Below, in pieces: positions 45,901-54,735 of a DNA stretch of 64,000 nucleotides. The notes under the pieces were generated by a model. It worked only from the letters and a program-made list of their open reading frames with translations, did not search any database and had not been told where the DNA came from. The DNA lies in the NCBI RefSeq assembly GCF_965233615.1, contig NZ_OZ247495.1; one strand, given 5' to 3'. A program made the position numbers and the translations under genes. How positions within the stretch are numbered: the first letter of the stretch is position 1; every line of letters begins with the position of its first letter. Source of the DNA: Pelagibius sp. GTDB lineage: Bacteria; Pseudomonadota; Alphaproteobacteria; Kiloniellales; Kiloniellaceae.

Positions 45901-46974
45901 TCAGCCCGCCCTGTCGCCGTAGAGCTTGCCGGTCGGGGTCTTCAGGAAGGCTTCGAAGGGGATTTCCTCCTGCTTGATGAAGCCCTGGGACGGCAACTTG
46001 CCTTCGTTCACCATTTCGATGACCGCGCAGGCCGAGGCGGAGGTGGTCCAGGCAATGGCGGTCCAGGGTTCGCCGGAAACCTCGATCGGATAGTAGGCGC
46101 GCACGAACTCCTTGCGGTTCAGGCGGCCGTCGGAGATCCCCTCCGCCGCAACATGCACATAGACTACGTCGTCGTCGACCGGCGGCTTGGCGTTGGTCAG
46201 GATCTTGCCCGCCAGTTCGCGCTGTTCGCGCATCAACAGCTCATGGAAAAAGAAATTCATCATGTCGACATGGCCGGGATAGCGCATGGACTTGTAGTCC
46301 AGGTTCTCGATCCGGCCTTCGAAGGTTTCGCACATGGTGCCCAGGCCGCCCGAGGTGGTGAAGGCCTCCAGCTTCACGCCGCCGACGTAGAGGGTCTCGA
46401 TCCACTCCATGGGGGAAACCCACTTGTGCTGTCCCTCCTCGATCACCTCGCAGTCGTTCAGGTACTCGTTCACCACCCCTTCCGGCGACCAGTTGAAGGC
46501 ATAGCCCAGGTGCCCCGTCGGATGCTGCGGCAGGGCGCCGACGCGCATGCGCACCGAGCGCACGGTTTCGAACTGATCGGCCAGATGGGCGGCGACGATG
46601 CCGACGAAACCCGGCGCCAGGCCGCACTGCGGCGCCATCACGCCCTTGGACGTTTTGGCAAGTTCGCGGATCGCCTGGGTGGTCGGCACGTCCTCGGTCA
46701 GATCGAAGTAATGCAGCCCCTCCTGATGCGCCGCCGAGGCGATATTCTTGTTGAGAATGTAGGGCAGGCAGGAAATCACCGCGTCGTAGGGTCGCAGCAG
46801 CGCCGGCAAGCCCGCGACGTCCCCCAGATCCGCGCTGCGCACCTCAAACGGCGGCGTGCGGCGCAGCTCCCGCGTGTCGATGCCGGTCACCTGAAACCCG
46901 GCATTGGTCAACATACGCGCGGTCAGCGAGCCGACCTTGCCGAGCCCCAGCACGGCGATCTTCTGGATGGACAT
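45901..46974 (-). CDS. Saccharopine dehydrogenase family protein
   Basis: The start MSIQKIAVLGLGKVGSL is a Rossmann fold. It is followed by the Sacchrp_dh C-terminal pattern (GLAPGFVGIVA...NWSPEGVVNEY). Confidence 0.85.
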   Translation of the reverse strand: MSIQKIAVLGLGKVGSLTARMLTNAGFQVTGIDTRELRRTPPFEVRSADLGDVAGLPALLRPYDAVISCLPYILNKNIASAAHQEGLHYFDLTEDVPTTQAIRELAKTSKGVMAPQCGLAPGFVGIVAAHLADQFETVRSVRMRVGALPQHPTGHLGYAFNWSPEGVVNEYLNDCEVIEEGQHKWVSPMEWIETLYVGGVKLEAFTTSGGLGTMCETFEGRIENLDYKSMRYPGHVDMMNFFFHELLMREQRELAGKILTNAKPPVDDDVVYVHVAAEGISDGRLNRKEFVRAYYPIEVSGEPWTAIAWTTSASACAVIEMVNEGKLPSQGFIKQEEIPFEAFLKTPTGKLYGDRAG

Positions 46975-47093
46975 GAAAGCATTCCTCTTAACGGCAAGGA
47001 GGGTTAACAGCAGGAGGGAGCGCGGAGACGACTCCAAAGACGTTCCGTCCCGAACCTAGCCGGAGACGATGGTGAAGAGAAAGCCCAGTCTGT

Positions 47094-47110
47094 AAAACAG
47101 GCCCCGCCTG
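47094..47110 (-). terminator. Weak intrinsic terminator candidate after the sulfatase gene
   Basis: On the minus strand: CAGGC-GGG-GCCTG followed by TTTT, immediately after the stop codon. Confidence 0.35.
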
Positions 47111-48598
47111 CTACTTGCTTTCTGGGTAGAACTGCATGAAGCCCGTATCGTTGGCGGGAGAGACCGGCCATTGGCGGCCGCGGGTGGCTGAGATCGAGCG
47201 GTTGGGACCGGCGACAAAAGTTCGCCCCGGCTCCCCGACCAGCGCCCCGTCCTTCATCCAGACTTCGTCGGAACCGTAGATTTCGCCCAAAAGAGTCCGG
47301 GTCAGTTCCGCCTGCACAGCAGCCAGTGAAGCATCGCCGGCGCGGTCATGCAATTCCTGTGGATCGTCGCCGAGATCGAAGAGCTGAAAACGGTTGCCGC
47401 AAGGATACCAGATCAGCTTGTGACCGCCGCGCCGCAGCATGCGCGAGGCGTGGGGCCCCTCACCGAACTCGCCGTAGAGGGTCTTGCGCTGGGCGTCGCC
47501 GAGCATCGACAGGCCCTCAACCTGCTGCGGAATGGGAATGCCGCAGAGATCCAGCAGGGTCGGCATGACATCGCGCAGGCAGACCAAGCGATCGTCCTGA
47601 CGCTGAAACCCGACCCGCTGATCGTCGGCGACCCCCATCAGGATCATCGGAATGTGGCAGGAGGGCTCATAAAAGACCTGCTTAGCCCACATGCCGTGGT
47701 TGCCAAGCATGTCGCCGTGATCTGTTGTGAAGAGCACGATGGTGTCGTTCAGCACCCCTTCGTCCCGCAGTGTGCCGATGAGGGAGCCGACTTGATGGTC
47801 GATGTGAGTGCAGAGCGCGTAGAAGGCACGGCGGGCGGCCAGCGCCTGCTGAGCGTTCAGCGCGTCGCCGCGCGCCTGAGTCGCCTGGGCATTGTAGGGC
47901 AGCGCTGCGCGATCCTCTGCCCAAGCGCCCCCGAAAGGCTCATCGATCTCGATATCCCGATAGAGATCGATATAGCTTTGCAACGGCACCAGCGGCGGAT
48001 GCGGATGGCGGTAGCCGCAGTACCACAAGCTGGGCCGGGTCGGATCGCGCCGCTTGATCGCCAGCGCCGTCATCCGGGTCGCCCAGTTGGTTGGATGGGT
48101 CTCCTCCGGCAGGTGCCAGGGACGCCAGGCATAGGTGTTGTTGCTCATGCCGTGGTCGTACTGGCGGCCGAGATAACCCGCCTCCCCCAGGTAGATTTCG
48201 TAGTCGTCGGTGGTCCCGTAGAGGGTTCGTCCCTCGTCGTCCAGCAGCACATCGTCGAAGCCGATGCGGTCGCGCTGCGGATAGACGTGGATCTTGCCGA
48301 CCGCCTGGGCCTGATAGCCGGCATTGCGGAAGGTCTGGGCCAGGGTGGGCAGGTCTGCCGGCATCTCCAGCTGCGGCTGAAAGCTGCGGTCGCCGTGGCG
48401 GCGGGCCGAGGTACCGGTCATCAGCGAGCGCCGCGCCGGCAGGCAGACAGGATGCTCCGAATAGGCATTGGTAAAGCGGACGCCGTTGCGCGCCAGCTGG
48501 TCCAACACCGGTGTCTGGATCGCCGGATGCCCGGCGGACCCCAGCAGATGAGCGGACCAGTGGTCGGTGACAATGAGCAGTACGTTGGGTCGGGTCAT
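47111..48598 (-). CDS. Sulfatase-family (alkaline-phosphatase superfamily) hydrolase, Cys-type, with no signal peptide
   Basis: NVLLIVTDHW (metal site), C52-L-P-A-R-R-S-L-M-T-G (formylglycine motif C-x-P-x-R) and FTTDHGDMLGNHG. Confidence 0.88.
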   Translation of the reverse strand: MTRPNVLLIVTDHWSAHLLGSAGHPAIQTPVLDQLARNGVRFTNAYSEHPVCLPARRSLMTGTSARRHGDRSFQPQLEMPADLPTLAQTFRNAGYQAQAVGKIHVYPQRDRIGFDDVLLDDEGRTLYGTTDDYEIYLGEAGYLGRQYDHGMSNNTYAWRPWHLPEETHPTNWATRMTALAIKRRDPTRPSLWYCGYRHPHPPLVPLQSYIDLYRDIEIDEPFGGAWAEDRAALPYNAQATQARGDALNAQQALAARRAFYALCTHIDHQVGSLIGTLRDEGVLNDTIVLFTTDHGDMLGNHGMWAKQVFYEPSCHIPMILMGVADDQRVGFQRQDDRLVCLRDVMPTLLDLCGIPIPQQVEGLSMLGDAQRKTLYGEFGEGPHASRMLRRGGHKLIWYPCGNRFQLFDLGDDPQELHDRAGDASLAAVQAELTRTLLGEIYGSDEVWMKDGALVGEPGRTFVAGPNRSISATRGRQWPVSPANDTGFMQFYPESK

Positions 48599-49696
48599 CT
48601 AGCTATCCTTAGGGTGACGGATCGGCGCGAGAGCGGAAAAATCGTCTTCCGGCGCCCAATCTTGGGGAATTCTGGCCGAGCCGCGCAGCACCAGTTGCCC
48701 GGGCAGCAGTTCGCGCTGCGCCTCGGTTGTGGGGTCCTCGATAAGAGACGCCAGAATCTCAACGGCACGTTGGCTCAACTCCTCCGCGCTCGCGGTAACC
48801 GACGTCAGGTCGTAGGTGCGCCACGCTGCTTCGGCGGCGTTGTTGAAGCCGACGACAGAGATGTCACGGCCCGGCGTCAAACCGAGTTCGAAGCGCAGGG
48901 CATCCATAGCCCCCATGGCCATGATGTCCGAGGCGCAAAAGATCGCGTCCGGCGCATCGGCGCCGCGGAGAAGTTCCAGGGCCGCGTCATAACCGCCGTC
49001 ATAGATGAAGCCGCCGGAGGCGATTTTCGGGGCTCGTGCCAAGGTCTCGCTGAACCCGGCCTGGCGGTCCCGGCTGGTGGAGGTGTCGTCCAGACCGCTG
49101 ATGAAGCCGAAGCGGTGATGTCCGCCGCTCTGCAGGAATCTGCCGACCATGCGTCCGGCACCGCGGTTGTCGGTGGCCACGGCGCTGATGCCGGGATCGT
49201 CGACAATACGGTTCATGGTCACCACCGGAATGCCCGCATCGCGGCAGATCGACGGCGCTCTGCTCGACAGACGGGCCGAGTTCATGATGACGCCGTCGAC
49301 CTGGTAGGCGAGAACGTCGGCAATCATGGAATCGATATCGTCGCCCGAGGGAATCGAAAACAGCAGCGCCTGAAAGTCCGATGCCCGCAGCGCCCCGTTG
49401 AGCTGGTGCAGGATCGAGACGTAGAAAGAGTAATAGAGATCGGCGACCACAACCCCCACAAGGCGCGACCGCTGGGTGATCAGGCCGCGCGCCAGGGCGT
49501 TGGGCCGGAAACCGAGTTGCGCCGCTGCAGCCCTGATCTTCTCGCGGGCGGCCTCGGAAACATAGCCGTTGTTGGAAAACGCCCGCGAAACCGCCGACTG
49601 GGAAACGCCGGCAAGGCGTGCGACGTCATAGGACGTCGGCTTCCTGCGCCGGGCAGTTCCGGCGGACGGCTTATCCGGGTCTTTTCTGCGGGTCAT
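48599..49696 (-). CDS. LacI-family transcriptional regulator
   Basis: HTH TSYDVARLAGVSQSAVSRAFSN plus a periplasmic-binding-fold sugar domain. Its start overlaps the tctA stop (ATGA), and its stop abuts the sulfatase ATG (TAGATG). Confidence 0.9.
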   Translation of the reverse strand: MTRRKDPDKPSAGTARRRKPTSYDVARLAGVSQSAVSRAFSNNGYVSEAAREKIRAAAAQLGFRPNALARGLITQRSRLVGVVVADLYYSFYVSILHQLNGALRASDFQALLFSIPSGDDIDSMIADVLAYQVDGVIMNSARLSSRAPSICRDAGIPVVTMNRIVDDPGISAVATDNRGAGRMVGRFLQSGGHHRFGFISGLDDTSTSRDRQAGFSETLARAPKIASGGFIYDGGYDAALELLRGADAPDAIFCASDIMAMGAMDALRFELGLTPGRDISVVGFNNAAEAAWRTYDLTSVTASAEELSQRAVEILASLIEDPTTEAQRELLPGQLVLRGSARIPQDWAPEDDFSALAPIRHPKDS

Positions 49697-51183
49697 GCGC
49701 CCCTTCCTTTGCGGTAGGCCGTGTAGATCGGCGCGCCAACGAAAACCAGGGTGATCACGAAGATACCAACGGCGATCGGTTGGCCGAAGAAGGCAAGAAA
49801 GCTGCCGTCATTCAGCATCAGGCCCTGGCGCAGGGACTGCTCCAGCGTCTTGCCAAGCGCCATGCCGATAACAATGGGGGCGACAGGCACCCCGGCCAAG
49901 CGCATGACCACCCCGAAAAGGCCGGCCAGGACGGCGACGACCACGTCGATGGGATTGCCGCGGACGGCAAAGGCCCCGACGACCGACATCAGCACCACCC
50001 AGCCCATCAACAGGGGTTCGGGCAGGCCCATGACCCGGCGGAACCCCCGGGCACCGATGGCGCCGAAGACGACCATCAGCAGGTTGGCGATCAGAATCAC
50101 GATGAAAGCGCCGATCATGATTTCCGGATTGTTCTGGAAGAGTTGAACGCCCGGCACCAGCCCCTGGATGAGAAGGGCCCCGAGCAAAACCACCGTGCCG
50201 CCATCGCCGGGAATACCAAGGGCCAGGGTCGGCACCAGGGCACCGCCGGTCACTGCGTTGTTCGAAGCCTCGGAGGCGACCACACCGTCCGGTTCTCCCT
50301 TGCCGAAATTCTCGCGCCGCGGCGAAGTGCGCTTGGCCTCGGCGTAGCTCACGAAGGTTGCCGCGGTGGCGCCGGTGCCCGGAAGAATGCCGATGGCGGT
50401 GCCGATGGCGCTGCTCTGCACCAACATGCGCAGGCGGATGCGAATGTCACTCCAGGGTGGCAGGCGAAAGCCGACACCGGCCACGTCCGGCGGTTTGCCC
50501 TGGACATAATAAGCCGCGCGCGTAAAGGCCTCGGACAGGGCGAAAAGCCCGATCAGCACGGAGATGAGGGAAAGCCCGCCCGCCAGCGCGTCGATGCCGA
50601 AGCCGAAACGCGACAGGCCGGTCATGTTGTCGGGCCCGATGGAAGCCAGGAACAGCCCGATGGCGCCGGCCAGCAGGCCTTTCACCATACTGCCGCTGGA
50701 AACCCAAGCAATACAGGTGAGTGCGAAGAGAATGAGAGCGAAGGTCTCCACCGGCCCGAAATAGACCGACAGGCGGGCAAGCTGGGGCGCCGCGATGATC
50801 AGCACGATCAGCGAAAAAACCCCGCCGAAAGCGGAGGCGAAGGTCGCCCAACCCAGAGCCAGGTCGGCCTTACCCGACCTGGCCATAGGATAGCCGTCCA
50901 ACACGGTGGCGGCTGACTGCGGCGTGCCCGGCGTGTTGATGAGGATGGCGGTGATCGAGCCGCCGTAGACCGAGGCACAGTAGATGGACAGCAGAAGCGC
51001 AATGGCTGCCGGCGTGCCCATAGAGTAGGTGAAGGGCAGGGCAACCACCAAGGCAACGACTGTCCCCATGCCCGGCAAAGCGCCGACGAGGGTGCCGTAG
51101 GCGGTGCCGATGAAAATCGCCAGCAGCACCTCCCAGGAGGCGATCTGACTCAAGGCCAGCGAAAGGTTGTCGAGCACGCCCAT
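49693..51183 (-). CDS. tctA: Tripartite tricarboxylate transporter permease TctA
   Basis: 496-aa TctA-type sequence (GALPGMGTVVALVVALPFTY...). Confidence 0.92.
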   Translation of the reverse strand: MGVLDNLSLALSQIASWEVLLAIFIGTAYGTLVGALPGMGTVVALVVALPFTYSMGTPAAIALLLSIYCASVYGGSITAILINTPGTPQSAATVLDGYPMARSGKADLALGWATFASAFGGVFSLIVLIIAAPQLARLSVYFGPVETFALILFALTCIAWVSSGSMVKGLLAGAIGLFLASIGPDNMTGLSRFGFGIDALAGGLSLISVLIGLFALSEAFTRAAYYVQGKPPDVAGVGFRLPPWSDIRIRLRMLVQSSAIGTAIGILPGTGATAATFVSYAEAKRTSPRRENFGKGEPDGVVASEASNNAVTGGALVPTLALGIPGDGGTVVLLGALLIQGLVPGVQLFQNNPEIMIGAFIVILIANLLMVVFGAIGARGFRRVMGLPEPLLMGWVVLMSVVGAFAVRGNPIDVVVAVLAGLFGVVMRLAGVPVAPIVIGMALGKTLEQSLRQGLMLNDGSFLAFFGQPIAVGIFVITLVFVGAPIYTAYRKGRGA

Positions 51184-51196
51184 CAGCCGGCATCCA

Positions 51197-51658
51197 TCAG
51201 AAAGAGATCCAATGGGTCTCGGGAAGCGGCAGCTCCAACAAGCGGCTGAAGAGGTACCAGACGGCGAAGGGACCGATGAGGCTGTTCAGAACCAGGACCG
51301 GCAGCCGCCGATAGCCAAAGAACAGGCAGAACAGAAACATGCCCGGCGAGGCCGTGGCGACGAAGCCCGCCTCCGGCAAGGCAAAGGCAACGGCAAGCGA
51401 GACCGCCGCGACCCCCAGCAGCTTGGTCACCTCGCGGCGGCTCAGGTTCTCACGCGGCGCGCCGGCGGCTTTGCTGGTGATCAGAAGAAAGACCGACAGC
51501 AGGAAGATCAGGGCAATAAAGATGCGCGGCGTGAAGACGGTCGAAACGTCGCCGCCAAAACTCGGTACGTCATAGTCAGCCGAGAAGGTCGAGCCGAAAA
51601 GGCCGGCGGCTGCCAGGGCAATGAGGGCGAAGACGGAACGGTCGAAAGTGAGTTGCAT
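51197..51658 (-). CDS. tctB: Tripartite tricarboxylate transporter small subunit TctB
   Basis: 153 aa with 4 TM helices, located between tctC and tctA. Confidence 0.8.
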   Translation of the reverse strand: MQLTFDRSVFALIALAAAGLFGSTFSADYDVPSFGGDVSTVFTPRIFIALIFLLSVFLLITSKAAGAPRENLSRREVTKLLGVAAVSLAVAFALPEAGFVATASPGMFLFCLFFGYRRLPVLVLNSLIGPFAVWYLFSRLLELPLPETHWISF

Positions 51659-51726
51659 GGCAAAGGCCCCTCCCGGCAGGGCCGGCCCGCCCGTTTGTCC
51701 CGGGCGGGCCGTGTCCAGGCCGATCC

Positions 51727-52665
51727 CTACTTCACGAGTCCGGCTTCCTTCAAAAGGGCTCCGTTCTTCTCGTACTGACTCTTGAAGAAGGCCGCAAACT
51801 CGTCGCGCGGCATATAGCGCACCTGGCGCTTGGCCTTTTTCATGTTGTCCTGAAAGCCGTCGGAGTTGGCCGCCTTGTCGCAGGCATCGGACAACTTGGT
51901 CACAATAGCTTCCGGGGTTCCGGCTGGTGCGAAGAAGCCGAACCAGACGAAGGATTCAACCGGCTGCCCCAACTCGGTCATGGTCGGCACGTCGGGAAAC
52001 TCCGCAGAGCGCTCCACATCGAGAATGGCCAGCGGCCGCAGGCCGAAGCGCGCCTTGGCATCACCGAACCAGATGGCCATATCGACCCTTCCGCCCAGCA
52101 TCGACTTGGCCACTTCGTTGATGCCCTCGTGGGGAATGTAGTTGAACTTAACGCCGTAGGCGTTGGCGACCGCGGCCTGTGCGATATGCGGCAGGGAGCC
52201 CGGCGGCGGCCCGCCGGTCACGACCTTGCCCGACTTGGCCTTGGCGATCAGATCGTCGACGGTCTTGATCGGCGAGTCTTCGAGCACCGTCACATAGAGC
52301 GGGCCCTGGGCGACAAGGCAGATCGGCGCCCAGCTCTCCGCGTTATAGCTGGTCTTGCGCAGATGCGGCTGCGTGGTAGTGGTGCCCACCGGCATGAATC
52401 CGAGGCTGTAGCCGTCCGCCTTGGCCTTTGAAAGCTGAGTCGCGCCGATGGTGCCGCCGGCGCCGGTCACGTTACTGACGACGATATCGGTGCCGAGAAT
52501 CTTCTCCATCTCGGCAGCGAAGAAGCGGCCCGGCACGTCGGTGCCGCCGCCGGCGCTGAAGGGAATCATCATCCCGATCGAGCGTTCCGGATAGTCGGCC
52601 TGCGCAGCACCCCCGCTCGCAAGAACGGCGACGACCGCAACCCCCAATGCCCTTTTGAGTTTCAT
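51727..52665 (-). CDS. tctC: Tripartite tricarboxylate transporter substrate-binding protein (TctC/Bug family)
   Basis: Signal peptide followed by the Bug-family signature YPERSIGMMIPFSAGGGTDV. Confidence 0.92.
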   Translation of the reverse strand: MKLKRALGVAVVAVLASGGAAQADYPERSIGMMIPFSAGGGTDVPGRFFAAEMEKILGTDIVVSNVTGAGGTIGATQLSKAKADGYSLGFMPVGTTTTQPHLRKTSYNAESWAPICLVAQGPLYVTVLEDSPIKTVDDLIAKAKSGKVVTGGPPPGSLPHIAQAAVANAYGVKFNYIPHEGINEVAKSMLGGRVDMAIWFGDAKARFGLRPLAILDVERSAEFPDVPTMTELGQPVESFVWFGFFAPAGTPEAIVTKLSDACDKAANSDGFQDNMKKAKRQVRYMPRDEFAAFFKSQYEKNGALLKEAGLVK

Positions 52666-52745
52666 GCTTTCCTCCCGGTTTTCATATGGCCCGATTGTTT
52701 TGTGGCCCGATTTGACGCGGCCCAGCTTAAAGGGCTTGATTGATG

Positions 52746-52777
52746 TGCATTCGAATGCATATTTTAGGAATTGTCAA
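52746..52777 (-). promoter_or_regulatory. Promoter candidate (TTGACA-17-TCGAAT) overlapped by a perfect 14-bp palindrome TGCATTCGAATGCA (candidate LacI-type operator)
   Basis: The palindrome is at 52746-52759. The minus-strand -35 TTGACA is at 52772-52777, and the -10 TCGAAT at 52749-52754 lies inside the palindrome. The TG-N4-CG-N4-CA layout matches LacI/GalR-type operators. Confidence 0.45.
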
Positions 52778-52876
52778 TCCACGAACGATTTTCGCCTGCC
52801 GCGTCGGCGTGGGCAGGGACGGCGTTCAAGCCCGCAGTAGCTGTTCTGCCGCCCGTCCGGTACCGAGGGGATCCCG

Positions 52877-53980
52877 ATGTCGAAGTTCCTGACCACCCAT
52901 GTCGGCAGCCTGCCCCGGCCCGATTGCGTCTGCGATGTCTTGCAGGCCCGCGAAGAAGAGGGCGGCCCGCCAGATGACTTCGAAGCGGTGGTGGCGCGGG
53001 AAGTGAAAGCCATCGTCGCCCGCCAGGTTGCGATCGGCATCGATTACGTTTCCGACGGCGAATTTTCCAAGATCGGCTATGCGAACTACGTGAAGGACCG
53101 TCTGACCGGATTCTCCGGCGACAGCCCGCGTGTTCCCGGCGCCGACCTGGACGACTTTCCCGGTTTCCTGAAGATGCTCGCCCGTTGGCGCGAGGGCGCT
53201 CTGCCCCGCCCGACGCCCTGCTGCACCGGCCCCGTCGCGGTGAAGGACCGTGATCAGTTGAAGGCCGACACGGCCCGCCTGAAGGCCGCCGTCGAGGCGG
53301 CAGGCGCCCGTGGTGGCTTCATCAACGCCGCCTCCCCAGGCGTCATCGCCCTGTTCCAGGCCAACGAATACTATCCCGACCGAAGCACCTATCTGGCGGC
53401 CCTGGCCGAGGCGATGAAGGAGGAGTACCGCGCCATCGTCGAGGCCGGCTTCTTCCTGCAGATCGACTGCCCGGATCTCGACATGGGGCGTCACACGACA
53501 TTCAAGCATGACGATGAGGCGACCTTCCTGAAAAGCGCCCACGAGCAGGTCGAGGTGCTGAACGCCGCGCTCGACGGCCTGCCGCCCGAGCGCCTGCGCA
53601 TCCATATCTGCTGGGGCAACTACGAGGGTCCGCACACCCGCGACATCGGGCTGGAAAAGGTTCTGCCCGTGCTGCTGAAGGCAAGGCCCGCAATCCTTCT
53701 CTTCGAGGCCGCCAACCCGCGGCACGCCCACGAGTGGCGGGTCTTTCAGGAGGTCGAACTGCCGGACGACCGGATCCTGGTACCCGGTGTGATCGATTCC
53801 ACCTCGAACTACGTCGAACACCCTGAACTGGTGGCTGAGCGTTTGATGAAGTTCGCCGATATCGTCGGGCCTGAGCGCGTCATGGCCGGATCGGACTGCG
53901 GCTTCGGCACCTTTGCCGGCGACGGCCTTGTGGAGGCCGAAGTCTGTTTCGCCAAGCTCGAGGCCCGCAGCCGGGTTTAG
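52877..53980 (+). CDS. Cobalamin-independent methionine synthase II (MetE C-terminal-like) family protein
   Basis: LTTHVGSLPRP, HICWGNYEGPH and AGSDCGFG (Zn ligands His/Cys/Cys) fit the family pattern. About 367 aa. Confidence 0.85.
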   Translation: MSKFLTTHVGSLPRPDCVCDVLQAREEEGGPPDDFEAVVAREVKAIVARQVAIGIDYVSDGEFSKIGYANYVKDRLTGFSGDSPRVPGADLDDFPGFLKMLARWREGALPRPTPCCTGPVAVKDRDQLKADTARLKAAVEAAGARGGFINAASPGVIALFQANEYYPDRSTYLAALAEAMKEEYRAIVEAGFFLQIDCPDLDMGRHTTFKHDDEATFLKSAHEQVEVLNAALDGLPPERLRIHICWGNYEGPHTRDIGLEKVLPVLLKARPAILLFEAANPRHAHEWRVFQEVELPDDRILVPGVIDSTSNYVEHPELVAERLMKFADIVGPERVMAGSDCGFGTFAGDGLVEAEVCFAKLEARSRV

Positions 53981-53985
53981 CCGCC

Positions 53986-54735
53986 ATGGCACGCTTCCTG
54001 TTACTACACGGCGCCTGGCACGGCGGCTGGTGCTGGGCGGCGGTGGCCGAAAAGCTGAACCGGGCGGGCCATGCGGTCTCGGCACCGGACCTGCCGGGAT
54101 TGGGCGCCGATGCAGGGAGCCTGACACCGGAAATCGGCCTGGAAACGCATCTCGCCTTCGCCCTGACAGAACTCGAGCGCCTCGGCGGTGCTATCGTCTG
54201 CGGCCACTCCTACGCCGGCATGCTGGCACGCGGTCTTGTCGACCGCCGGCCGGCGCTGATCGACGGGCTGGTGCTGATCGAGGCGCTCTGGCCCGGCAAC
54301 AACGAGGCGGCCTTCGATATCATTCCGCCGGCCATGGGCGAACTTTTTCGGAAGCGCGCCGAAAGCGCGGGTGAAGGCTGGCGCATGCCGCCGCCCGACG
54401 TGGCCCAGTTCGCCATTGCCGATGCGGCGCTGGCCGCCGCCATCGCCGCACGCCTGACCGACCATCCGCTGAAGACCTTCACCGACCCGCTGCGCCTCTC
54501 GGGGCCGGCGACCTTGCCGACGGACCGCCGTTTTGTGATAGCGGCGGACCGCGATCCCCAACCTTATGCCGGAACCGCGGCGGCGCTCAGCGAAGAAGGC
54601 TGGACCGTGACGCGGCAGCCCGGCGGCCACGAGATGATGATGACGCAGCCGGATTTGGTTGCAGCGACCCTGTTGCAAACCGCCGCGAAAGCCGGCGCGA
54701 AACGAGAGAGGAAAGACAATGCGCAAAGAGCTTGA
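53986..54735 (+). CDS. Alpha/beta hydrolase (SABP2/methylesterase-like subfamily)
   Basis: FLLLHGAWHGGWCW and the nucleophile elbow GHSYAG. Confidence 0.85.
   Translation: MARFLLLHGAWHGGWCWAAVAEKLNRAGHAVSAPDLPGLGADAGSLTPEIGLETHLAFALTELERLGGAIVCGHSYAGMLARGLVDRRPALIDGLVLIEALWPGNNEAAFDIIPPAMGELFRKRAESAGEGWRMPPPDVAQFAIADAALAAAIAARLTDHPLKTFTDPLRLSGPATLPTDRRFVIAADRDPQPYAGTAAALSEEGWTVTRQPGGHEMMMTQPDLVAATLLQTAAKAGAKRERKDNAQRA

Noticed and set aside
47348-49717. 789-aa + strand ORF spanning the sulfatase and LacI genes on the opposite strand.
   Set aside because: It crosses a gene boundary of two well-supported minus-strand genes and has no recognisable domains, with typical antisense composition. 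It is a shadow ORF.
52778-52876. Possible SAM or cobalamin riboswitch in the leader of the MetE-like gene.
   Set aside because: Reading the leader, I found no B12 box and no SAM-II-like pseudoknot elements that I could recognise. The protein is a MetE-II family paralog rather than bona fide metE. This needs an Infernal scan to be certain.
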